Shown: positions 36,001 to 46,950 of the stretch, piece by piece
Position numbering within the stretch: the first letter of the stretch is position 1
Layout: the number at the start of each line of letters is the position of its first letter
Source: Eledone cirrhosa
Lineage: Eukaryota
NCBI GenBank assembly: GCA_964016885.1
Contig: OZ024740.1
Location: forward strand, 19,220,001-19,284,000
DNA length: 64,000 bases
Reading direction: 5' to 3'
Made by a program: the position numbers and the translations under genes
The notes under the pieces: generated by a model
The model's database searches: none
Seen by the model: only the letters and a program-made list of their open reading frames with translations
Told to the model about the DNA's origin: nothing

Positions 36001-39000
36001 ACCTTACCACCAACACTACCTTACCACCAACACTACCTTACCACCAACACTACCTTACCACCAACACTATCTTACCACCAACACTATCTTACCACCAACA
36101 CTACCTTACCACCAACACTACCTAACCACCAACACTACCTAACCACCAACACTGTCTTACCACCAACACTACCTTACCACCAACACTACCTTACCACCAA
36201 CACTATCTTACCACCAACACTACCTAACCACCAACACTGTCTAACCACCAACACTACATTACAACCAACACTACCTTACCACCAACACTATCTTACCACC
36301 AACACTATCTTACCACCAACACTACCTAACCACCAACACTGTCTTGCCACCAACACTACCTTACCACCAACACTACCTAACCACCAACACTGTCTTTCCA
36401 CCAACACTACATTACCACCAACACTACCTAACCACCAACACTGTCTTACCACCAACACTACCTAACCACCAACACTGTCTTACCACCAACACTACATTAC
36501 CACCAACACTACCTTAGCACCAACACTATCTTACCACCAACACTATCTTACCACTGACACTACCGAACCACCCACACTGTCTTACCAACAACACTATCTT
36601 ACCACCAACACTATCTTACCACCGACACTATCTTACCACCAACACTGTCTTACCACCAACACTATCTTACCACCATCACTACCTTACCACCAACACTACC
36701 TTACCACCAACACTACCTTACCACCAACACTATCTTACCACCAACACTGTCTTACCACCAACACTATCTTACCACCCACACTGTCTTACCAACAACACTA
36801 TCTTACCACCAACACTATCTTACCACCAACACTACCTTACCACCAACACTACTTTGCCACCAACACTGTCTTACCATCAACACTAACTTAAGACCAACAC
36901 TACATTACCACCAACACTACCTTACCACCAACACTACCTTACCACCAACACTGTCTTACCACCAACACTACCTTACCACCAACAGTACCTTACCACCAAC
37001 ACTACCTTACCACCAACACTACCTTACCACTAACACTATCTTTCCACCAACACTACCTTACCACCAACACTATCTTACCACCAACACTACCTTAGCACTA
37101 ACACTACCTTACCACCAACACTACCTTACGACCAACACTACCTTACCACTAACACTACCTTACCACCAACTCTACTTACCACCAACACTATCTTTCCACC
37201 AACTCTATCTTACCACCAACCGTACCTTACCACAAACACTACCTTACCACCAACACTACCTTACCACCAACACTGTCTTACCACCAACACTACCTTACCA
37301 CCTACACTACCTTACCACCAACTCTATCTTACCACCAACTCTATCTTACCACCAACACTACCTTACCACCAACACTACCTTACCACCAACTCTATCTTAC
37401 CACCAACACTACATTACCACAAACACTACCTTACCAGCAACACTACCTTACCACCAACACTGTCTTACCACCAACACTATCTTACCACCAACACTACCTT
37501 ACCACCAACACTGTCTTACCACCAACACTACCTTACCACCAACACTACCTTACCACCAACACTACCTTACCACCAACCCTACCTTACCACTAACACTACC
37601 TTACCACCAACACTACCATACCACCAACACTACCTTACCACCAACACTATCTTTCCACCAACACTACCTTACCACCAACACTACCTTACCACCAACATTA
37701 CCTTACCACCAACACTATCTTACCACCAACACTATCTTACCACCAACACTACCTTACCACCAACACTACCTAACCACCAACACTGTCTTACCACCAACAC
37801 TACCTAACCACCAACACTGTCTTACCACCAACACTACCTTACCACCAACACTACCTTACCACCAACACTATCTTACCACCAACACTACCTAACCACCAAC
37901 ACTGTCTTACCACCAACACTATATTACCACCAACACTACCTTACCACCAACACTATCTTACCACCAACACTATCTTACCACCAACACTACCTAACCACCA
38001 ACACTGTCTTACCACCAACACTACCTTACCACCAACACTACCTAACCATCAACACTGTCTTTCCACCAACACTACATTACCACCAACACTACCTAACCAC
38101 CAACACTGTCTTACCACCAACACTACCTAACCACCAACACTGTCTTACCACCAACACTACATTACCACCAACACTACCTTAGCACCAACACTATCTTACC
38201 ACCAACACTATCTTACCACTGACACTACCGAACCACCCACACCGTCTTACCAACAACACTATCTTACCACCAACACTGTCTTACCACCAACACTATCTTA
38301 CCACCATCACTACCTTACCACCAACACTACCTTACCACCAACACTACCTTACCACCAACACTATCTTACCACCAACACTGTCTTACCACCAACACTATCT
38401 TACCACCCACACTGTCTTACCAACAACACTATCTTACCACCAACACTATCTTACCACCAACACTATGTTACCACCAACACTATCTTACCACCAACACTAC
38501 CTTACCACCAACACTACCTTGCCACCGACACTACCTTACCACCAACACTAATTTACCACCAACACTATCTTACCACCAACACTGTCTTACCATCAACACT
38601 ACCTTAGCACCAACACTATCTTACCACCAACACAACCTTACCACCAACACTGTCTTACCACCAACACTACCTTACCACCAACACTACCTTACCACCAACA
38701 CTGTCTTACCACCAACACTACCTTACCACCAACACTACCTTACCACCAACACTACCTTACCACCAACACTACTTTGCCACCAACACTGTCTTACCATCAA
38801 CACTAACTTAAGACCAACACTACATTACCACCAACACTACCTTACCACCAACACTACCTTACCACCAACACTGTCTTACCACCAACACTACCTTACCACC
38901 AACAGTACCTTACCACCAACACTACCTTACCACCAACACTACCTTACCACTAACACTATCTTTCCACCAACACTACCTTACCACCAACACTATCTTACCA

Positions 39001-41502
39001 CCAACACTACCTTAGCACTAACACTACCTTACCACCAACACTACCTTACCACCAACACTACCTTACCACTAACACTACCTTACCACCAACTCTACCTTAC
39101 CACCAACACTATCTTTCCACCAACTCTATCTTACCACCAACCGTACCTTACCACAAACACTACCTTACCACCAACACTACCTTACCGCCAACACTGTCTT
39201 ACCACCAACACTACCTTACCACCAACACTGTCTTACCACCAACACTACCTTAAGACCAACACTACATTACCACCAACACTACCTTACCACCAACACTACC
39301 TTACCACCAACACTACCTTACCACCAACACTACCTTACCACCAACACTACCTTACCACCAACACTACCTTACCACCAACACTACCTTACCACCAACACTA
39401 CCTTACTACCAACCAACACTACCTTACCACCAACACTACCTTACCACCAACACTACCTTACCACCAACATTACCTTACCACCAACACTACCTTACCACTA
39501 ACACTACCTTACCACTAACACTACCTTAGCACCAACTCTACCTTACCACCAACACTACCTTACCACCAACACTACCTTACCACCAACACTATCTTACCAC
39601 AAACACTACCTTACCACCAACACTATCTTACCACCAACACTATCTTACCACCTACACTACCTTACCATCAACACTATCTTACCACCAACACTACCTTACC
39701 ACCAACACTATCTTACCACCAACTCTACCTTACCACCAAAACTATCTTACCACCAACACTGTCTTACTAACATCACTATCTTACCACCAACACTATCTTA
39801 CCACCAACACTACCTTACCACCAACACTGTCTTAACACCAACACTACCTTACCACTAACACTACCTTACCACCAACACTACCTTACCACCTACACTACCT
39901 TACCACCCACACTACCTTACCACCAACACTGTCTTACCACCAACACTACCTTACCACCTACACTACCTTACCACCAACACTGTCTTACCACCAACACTAC
40001 CTTACCACCTACACTACCTTACCACCAACACTATCTTACCACCAACACTATCTTACCACAAACACTACCTTACCACCAACATTATCTTACCACAAACACT
40101 ACCTTACCATCAACACTAACTTACCACCAACACTGTCTTACCACCAACACAGTCTTACCACCAACACAGTCTTACCACCAACACTACCTTACCACCAACA
40201 CTACCTTACCACAAACACTACCTTACCACCAACACTGTCTTACCACGAACACTACCTTACCACCAACACTATCTTACCACCAACACTATCTTACCACAAA
40301 CACTACCTTACCACCAACACTATCTTACCACCAACACTATCTTACCACAAACACTACCTTACCATCAACACTAACTTACCACCAACACTGTCTTACCACC
40401 AACACAGTCTTACCACCAACACTACCTTACCACCAACACTACCTTACCACCAACACTACCTTACCACCAACACTGTCTTACCACCAACACTACCTTACCA
40501 CCAACACTACCTTACCACCAACACTGTCTTACCACCAACACTACCTTACCAACAACACTGTCTTACCACCAACACTACCTTACCACCAACACTATCATAC
40601 CAACAACACTACCTTACCACCAACACTATCTAACCACCAACACTACCTTACCACCAACACTATCTAACCACCAACACTACCTTACCACCAACACTATCTA
40701 ATCACCAACACTACCTTACCACCAACACTACTTTGCCACCAACACTGTCTTACCATCAACACTACCTTAAGACCAACACTACATTACCACCAACACTACC
40801 TTACCACCAACACTACCTTACCACCAACACGACCTTACCACTAACACTACCTTACCACCAACACTACCTTACCACCAACACTAACTTACCACCAACACTG
40901 CCTTACCACCAACACTACCTTATCACAAACACTACTTTACCACCAACACTATCTTACCACCAACACTACCTTACCACCAACACTATCTTACCACTAACAC
41001 TATCTTACCACCAACACTATCTTACCACCAACATTACCTTACCACCAACACTGTCTTACCACCAACACTACCTTACCACCAACACTCTCTTACCACCAAC
41101 ACTACCTTACCACCAATACTACCTTACCACCAACACTAGCTTACGACCAACACTACCTTACCACCAACACTATCTTACCACCAACACTACCTTAACACCA
41201 ACACTGTCTTACCACCAACACTACCTTACCACCAACACTATCTTACCACCAACACTACCTTAACACCAACACTATCTTACCACCAACACTGTTTAACCAC
41301 CAACACTACCTTAAGACCAACACTATGTTACCACCAACACTAGCTTACCACCAACACTACCTTACCACCAACACTACCTTACCACCAACACTGTCTTACC
41401 ACCAACACTACCTTACCACCAACACTACATTACCACCAACACTACCTTACCACCAACACTACCTTACCACCAACACTGTCTTACCACAAACACTACCTTA
41501 CC
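1..41502 (+). repeat. Satellite I: 17-bp tandem repeat, consensus ACCTTACCACCAACACT (variants ATC/GTC/AAC/AGC at the ACC position), roughly 2400 monomers with higher-order repeats; continues beyond window start
   Basis: 17-nt periodicity read directly; the 17-aa period in spurious ORFs (PPTLSYHQHYLTTNTTL = 3 monomers) confirms it; + strand is very G-poor. Confidence 0.98.
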
Positions 41503-43768
41503 TGTGTTGGTGGTAAGACAGTGTTGGTGGTAAGTTAGTGTTGATGGTAAGGTGGTGTTTGTGGTAAGATAGTGTTGGTGGTAAGGTAGTGTTTGTAGTA
41601 AGATAGTGTGGTGGTAAGGTAGTGTTTGTGGTAAGGTAGTGTTTGTGGTAAGATAGAGTTGGTGGTAAGATAGTGTTGGTGGTAAGATAGTGTTGGTGGT
41701 AAGGTAGTGTTGGTGGTAAGGTAGTGTTAGTGGTAAGGTAGTGTTGTTGGTAAGATAGTGTTGGTGGTAAGATAGTGTTGGTGGTAAGGTAGTGTTGGTC
41801 TTAAAGTAGTGTTGGTGGTAATGTAGTGTTGGTGGTAAGGTAGTGTTGGTGCTAAGACAGTGTTGGTGGTAAGACAGTGTTGGTGGTGAGACAGTGTTGG
41901 TGGTAAGACAGTGTTGGTGGTAAGGTAGTGTTGGTGGTAAGACAGTGTTGGTGGTAAGGTAGTGTTGGTGGTAAGGTAGTGTTTGTGGTAAGACAGTGTT
42001 GGTGGTAAGGTAGTGTTGGTGATAACGTAGGGTTGGTGGTAAGGTAGTGTTTGTGGTAAGACAGTGTTGGTGGTAAGGTAGTGTTGGTGGTAAGGTAGTG
42101 TTGGTGGTAAGACTGTGTTGGTGGTAAGACAGTGTTGGTGGTAAGTTAGTGTTGATGGTAAGGTAGTGTTTGTGGTAAGATAGTGTTGGTGGTAAGGTAG
42201 TGTTTGTGGTAAGCTAGTGTTGGTGGTAAGGTAGTGTTTGTGGTAAGGTAGTGTTTGTGGTAAGATAGAGTTGGTGGTAAGATAGTGTTGGTGGTAAGGT
42301 AGTGTTGGTGGTAAGGTAGTGTTAGTGGTAAGGTAGTGTTGGTGGTAAGATAGTGTTGGTGGTAAGATAGTGTTGGTGGTAAGGTAGTGTTGGTCTTAAA
42401 GTAGTGTTGGTGGTAATGTAGTGTTGGTGGTAAGGTAGTGTTGGTGCTAAGACAGTGTTGGTGGTAAGACAGTGTTGGTGGTAAGACAGTGTTGGTGGTA
42501 AGATAATGTTGGTGGTAAGGTAGTGTTGGTGGTAAGACAGTGTTGGTGGTAAGGTAGAGTTGGTGGTAAGGTAGTGTTGGTGGTAAGGTAGTGTTGGTGG
42601 TAAGACAGTGTTGGTGGCAAGGTAGTGTTGGTGGTAAGATAGTGTTGGTGGTAAGGTAGTGTTGGTGGTAAGATAGTGTTGGTGGTAAGGTAGTGTTGGT
42701 GGTAAGATAATGTTGGTGGTAAGGTAGTGTTGGTCTTAAATTAGTGTTGGTGGTAATGTAGTGTTGGTGGTAAGGTAGTGTTGGTGGTAAGGTAGTGTTG
42801 GTGGTAAGACAGTGTTGGTGGTAAGGTAGTGTTGGTGGTAAGACAGTGTTGGTGGTAAGATAGTGTTGGTGGTAAGGTAGTGTTGGTGGTAAGACAGTGT
42901 TGGTGGTAAGGTAGTGTTGGTGGTAAGACAGTGTCGGTGGTAAGGTAGTGTTTATGGTAAGGTAGTGTTGGTGGTAAGATAATGTTGGTGGTAAGGTAGT
43001 GTTGGTCTTAAAGTAGTGTTGGTGGTAATGTAGTGTTGGTGGTAAGGTAGTGTTGGTGGTAAGACAGTGTCGGTGGTAAGGTAGTGTTGGTGATAAGTTA
43101 GTGTTGGTGGTAAGGTAGTGTTGGTGGTAAGACAGTGTTGGGGGTAAGTTAGGGTTGATGGTAAGTTAGTGTTTATGGTAAGATAGTGTTGGTGGTAAGG
43201 TAGTGTTTGTTGTAGGATAGTGTTGGTGGTAAGGTAGTGCTGGTGGTAAGGTAGTGTTGGTGGTAAGGTAGTGTTGGTGGTAAGGTAGTGTTGGTGGTAA
43301 GACAGTGTTGGTGATAAGACAGTGTTGGTGGTAAGGTAGTGTTTTTGGTAAGATAGTGTTGGTGGTAAGGTAGTGTTGGTGGTAAGACAGTGTTGGTGGT
43401 AAGGTAGTGTTGGTGGTAAGACAGTGTCGGTGGTAAGGTAGTGTTTATGGTAAGATAGTGTTGGTGGTAAGGTAGTGTTTGTGGTAAGATAGTGTTGCTG
43501 ATAAGGTAGTGTTTGTGGTAAGGTATTTTTGGTGGTAAGACAGTGTCGGTGGTAAGGTAGTGTTTGTGGTAAGACAGTGTCGGTGGTAAGGTAGTGTTGG
43601 TGGTAAGACAGTGTTGGTGGTAAGGTAGTGTTGGTGGTAAGGTAGTGTTGGTGGTAAGGTAGTGTTGGTGGTAAGACAGTGTCGGTGGTAAGGTAGTGTT
43701 TATGGTAAGATAGTGTTGCTGATAAGGTAGTGTTTGTGGTAAGGTAGTGTTGGTGGTAAGACAGTGTT
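41503..43768 (-). repeat. Satellite I, inverted block (~133 monomers, reads GGTAAGGTAGTGTTGGT on +)
   Basis: Abrupt switch at ...cactaccttacc|tgtgttggtggtaag...; ends at ...acagtgtt|aacggcccg; internal ~0.6-kb duplication (41502 vs 42113). Confidence 0.97.
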
Positions 43769-44055
43769 AACGGCCCGAGTGATTGGGCCTTCTCTGTTTA
43801 TAAGCCTGTAGGTTGAGGAAGAGAGCAAAAGGAAGAAAGGAGCACTTGCACAACACGCTCCTCGAGTTGAGGGTTGTTCTATCGACGGGGTATTAAACAA
43901 CCCATTTGTGGCGCCTCCCTCCTATTGGGGATTTCGATTGTTGAAATTGTTTTTTTTTATATTTTTTACACGACTATGTAAAATCCCCGGCATGTCTTTG
44001 TATTGTCCCCTTTCTTGTTGCACGCTTGTGGCTAATAAAGAAATCTATCTATCTA
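43769..44055 (+). mobile_element. 3' terminal stub (~290 bp) of a Tx1/L1-clade non-LTR retrotransposon
   Basis: Near-identical to 46500-46784 (about 5 substitutions and one 2-bp indel by eye); last ORF codons, 3' UTR, AATAAA at 44034-44039, (TCTA)3 tail. Confidence 0.93.
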
Positions 44056-44061
44056 TTTTGA

Positions 44062-46784
44062 CGCAACGCAGCTAGAGTGTTAGCGTCGAGAACGGCACTG
44101 GACCAGTTCTTCGATGCGAAACACAAAGGCTGCGTGGTCAGAAGCAAAACACGTGCTCTAGGAAACGAAGGAGCGAAAGCTGTCAGCTGGGCCCGAGTGG
44201 CGGAGGCAAAAAGTGGCAACAAGTCCACGATTCAGTCTTTGAAAGACCAAAACGGACGCGTGCTACTTGACCCCAAGCAAATGTGCGCGGCCTTTCAGCG
44301 GCACTTTGCGCGACTGTTTGAGCAGAACGACGGTGAGCCGAACGGGGAAATGGACTTTAGTTCATACCTCGACGGCCTGCCGCGTCTCTCAAACACGGAG
44401 GCCGAGTTCTGCGAAAGACCGATCACGGACACTGAGATACGGGACGCTCTGGGCCGCTGCGGGAAACGCAAGTCACCCGGTCTAGATGGTCTACCCTACG
44501 AATTTTACATAGGCATGCCGGACTTGTTCTCTGGCGTCCTCGAAGCCGTCTACTGCAATTGGCAGCAGAACGGGAGAATTCCCAGTTCTGCAGGCAAGGG
44601 CGTAGTAACGCTGATCAGGAAAGACGAGAACAAGGGGGACGAAATTAACAACTTCAGGCCCATAAGTCTGCTCAACACAGAGTTAAAGATTTTGGCCAAG
44701 GTGCTAGCGACGAGGTTGGCGCTTGTCGTCGAGAACCTGGTAGGGAAAGCGCAAACGTGTGCAATCCCGACCAGGTCCATACACGACAACCTCCACCTCA
44801 TGCGATACATCATAGAGAGGGTGGGTAGTAAACCCGGCGTCGGTGGGGCTCTGATCAACTTGGATCAGTCTAAGGCATTCGATAGGGTCGACCATCGATA
44901 CTTGGAAGCGGTTCTCAAGGCGGCCGGTTTCGGTCCCGTATTCAGAGGATGGATCGAGGCGATGCACACCAGCATCTGCTCGAGGGTCAAGGTGAACGGC
45001 TACCTATCGGAGCCGTTCGCAATCACGCGTTCTATTCGACAAGGATGCCCTCTCTCCTCCATTCTGTATGTATTGACTCTAGAGCCACTACTGCGGAAAT
45101 TGGAGCTGTTGCAGGGCATCCCCCTAGAACTGGGACTGCGCAAAGCGGCGTCGGCTTATGCCGACGACGTGACAGTAATGGTGTCGAGCACCTCGGAAAT
45201 CGGGGTGATCGGCAACATACTGAAAGAATACGAAACGCTGACGGGAGCAAAACTAAACCCAGACAAGTCTGTCGGTTTGCAACTCGGTACGTGGAGAGGC
45301 AAACCGATGACATCCGACAGCGTCGTTGGACGCTGGACGGACGGACCGGTGAAATTGCTCGGGGTCTGGTTCAGTCCAGACCTCCAGGTGGAGAAAAACT
45401 GGAACGAGGTCACGGCCAAGGTGTTTGCACTCACTCAGAAGTGGGCAGAGTGCAAACTGTCCTTGAAAGGTCGAGCAGAGGTGGCGAACACTTTCATAGC
45501 GTCCGTCATCTATTACCGCTTGACTGTCGTGCCTTGTCCCCGTGAACACCTCGCTAAGATGGAACGCATGCTCTTCCAGTTTCTGTGGAAGAAGCAGGCT
45601 CCGCTGGTGAGGAGATCCGTCTGCTGTCAGCACCCTTCCAACGGAGGGCTGGGAATGCCGTGGCTGATGATGCGCAAACATGCGCTGAGGCTGCGGCATC
45701 TCCAGGTATTCCTCACCGACCCCCAACCGGTGTGGGCACCGGTTGTGAGACAGGCTTTCCCACAGCTCGTCTCGCTGACGGAGCTGCAGTCCTGGGTGAA
45801 GAAAAGACCGAAAACGATGGGCGCCTGGCACATTGAATGCGCTCAGGCGCTCACAGTCCTCTGGCAAGCGGGCGCAGCAATCAGTGGAGACTCCACTTCG
45901 ACATTCTATAGAGGGATTGTACGTTACAAGGGCGACGACGTGCTCGGAGAGACTCTGGGCGTCGAAGACGATGAGCTCACCAGTATGTTTGGTAGGACTT
46001 TCCGCCCGGGACCTATGGACAACTTCCAGAGGTCCCTGGCCTGGCAGTGCTACCGAGGAGCTCTACCGGTTCGTGACAAGATCTACAGGCACGGACGCCC
46101 TGGCAGCGATCCTTCCAAGAGGACGTGTCCAAGATGTGCGCAGGACATTGAAACAGTTCTGCACGCAATTGTACACTGCCCGGGCGTAAGCGACCTGTGG
46201 AACTATGCAGAACAACTGCTGTCGCATATGGGACAAATACAGTTGACTGCCGAGTCCATAGTAAGGATCAAACCGCCAGACTCTTTCAAAAACGAAAGAG
46301 AGGCGGTTTTCCTCTGTACGGTGGCTATGGTGAAAGAAGTTATATGGTGGACGAGGTTGAGAGGACTGAGGACAGATGCCTTTCTCTCCGGACAACAATT
46401 GATTCCCTTCTTTAAGTATCACTTTAGAAGGAGAATCAGGGTGGAGAGAGAGGCACTGCACCCCAGTAAATTTACTGAAAGGTGGGTGAATGAAGCGAAA
46501 ATGGCCCGAGTGATTGGGCCTTCTCTGTTTATAAGCCTGTAGGTTGAGGAAGAGAGCAAAAGGAAGAAAGGAGCACTTGCACAACACGCTCCTCGAGTTG
46601 AGGGTTGTTCTATCGACGGGGTATTAAACAACCCATTTGTGGCGCCTCCCTCCTATTGGGGATTTCAATTGTTGAAATTGTTTGTTTTTATATTTTTTAC
46701 ACGACTGTATGTAAAATCCCCGGCATGTCTTTGTATTGTCCCCTTTCTTGTTGCGCCCTTGTGGCTAATAAAGAAATCTATCTA
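44062..46784 (+). mobile_element. 5'-truncated Tx1/L1-clade LINE, young copy (RT + C-terminal zinc knuckle; endonuclease and ORF1 missing)
   Basis: Uninterrupted ORF2 fragment, 3' UTR, AATAAA at 46767-46772, (TCTA)2 tail; flanked by TTTTGACGCA (44056-44065) and TTTTGTCGCA (46785-46794). Confidence 0.93.
44077..46542 (+). CDS. Non-LTR retrotransposon ORF2 fragment (reverse transcriptase), Tx1/L1 type; N-terminally truncated, frame open from 44062
   Basis: Motifs KSPGLDGLPYEFY, NFRPISLLNTELKILAK, LDQSKAFDRVDH, IRQGCPLS, YADD (45157-45168), LSLKGR, GGLGMP, CCHC knuckle CPRCAQDIETVLHAIVHC; no APE domain. Confidence 0.92.
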   Translation: MLASRTALDQFFDAKHKGCVVRSKTRALGNEGAKAVSWARVAEAKSGNKSTIQSLKDQNGRVLLDPKQMCAAFQRHFARLFEQNDGEPNGEMDFSSYLDGLPRLSNTEAEFCERPITDTEIRDALGRCGKRKSPGLDGLPYEFYIGMPDLFSGVLEAVYCNWQQNGRIPSSAGKGVVTLIRKDENKGDEINNFRPISLLNTELKILAKVLATRLALVVENLVGKAQTCAIPTRSIHDNLHLMRYIIERVGSKPGVGGALINLDQSKAFDRVDHRYLEAVLKAAGFGPVFRGWIEAMHTSICSRVKVNGYLSEPFAITRSIRQGCPLSSILYVLTLEPLLRKLELLQGIPLELGLRKAASAYADDVTVMVSSTSEIGVIGNILKEYETLTGAKLNPDKSVGLQLGTWRGKPMTSDSVVGRWTDGPVKLLGVWFSPDLQVEKNWNEVTAKVFALTQKWAECKLSLKGRAEVANTFIASVIYYRLTVVPCPREHLAKMERMLFQFLWKKQAPLVRRSVCCQHPSNGGLGMPWLMMRKHALRLRHLQVFLTDPQPVWAPVVRQAFPQLVSLTELQSWVKKRPKTMGAWHIECAQALTVLWQAGAAISGDSTSTFYRGIVRYKGDDVLGETLGVEDDELTSMFGRTFRPGPMDNFQRSLAWQCYRGALPVRDKIYRHGRPGSDPSKRTCPRCAQDIETVLHAIVHCPGVSDLWNYAEQLLSHMGQIQLTAESIVRIKPPDSFKNEREAVFLCTVAMVKEVIWWTRLRGLRTDAFLSGQQLIPFFKYHFRRRIRVEREALHPSKFTERWVNEAKMARVIGPSLFISL

Positions 46785-46845
46785 TTTTGTCGCACTGAAA
46801 TACTCCCTGGTCGTCCGTTACAAATAATATCACACAAATACCACA

Positions 46846-46950
46846 AGCCGATGAGTTGACAGAGGTATTCGTTCCAGTTCACTGTGTTCTGAGTTCAAAT
46901 CCCACCGTGGTCAATTTTACTGTTTATCCTTTTGTGATCAATTAAAGTAC
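46846..46950 (+). mobile_element. Degenerate, 3'-truncated tRNA-derived SINE (same family as 55388 and 59482)
   Basis: B-box-like GAGTTCAAATCC at 46891-46902; aligns with the 59482 copy through ...atcctt...tc(a/g)at...taaagtac, then is replaced by satellite II. Confidence 0.75.

Noticed and set aside
1-41502. Telomerase-made telomeric repeat (C-rich strand at left)
   Set aside because: Not TTAGGG-like; variable monomers copied in kb-scale HORs indicate recombinational amplification; a subtelomeric location cannot be excluded
4701-41516. ORFs encoding PPTLSYHQHYLTTNTTL repeats
   Set aside because: Translation of a 17-bp satellite; the same peptide appears in all frames, mostly with non-ATG starts
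44267-46631. Short overlapping and antisense ORFs in the LINE
   Set aside because: Shadow ORFs of a GC-rich coding region with no recognisable motifs
43769-46784. LTR retrotransposon (direct repeats flanking an RT ORF)
   Set aside because: Repeats are LINE 3' ends with polyA signal and tail; no TG...CA, PBS, gag, protease or integrase; the RT is non-LTR type
46846-46950. Pol III promoter driving satellite II RNA
   Set aside because: A-box region is decayed and two TTTT runs precede the array
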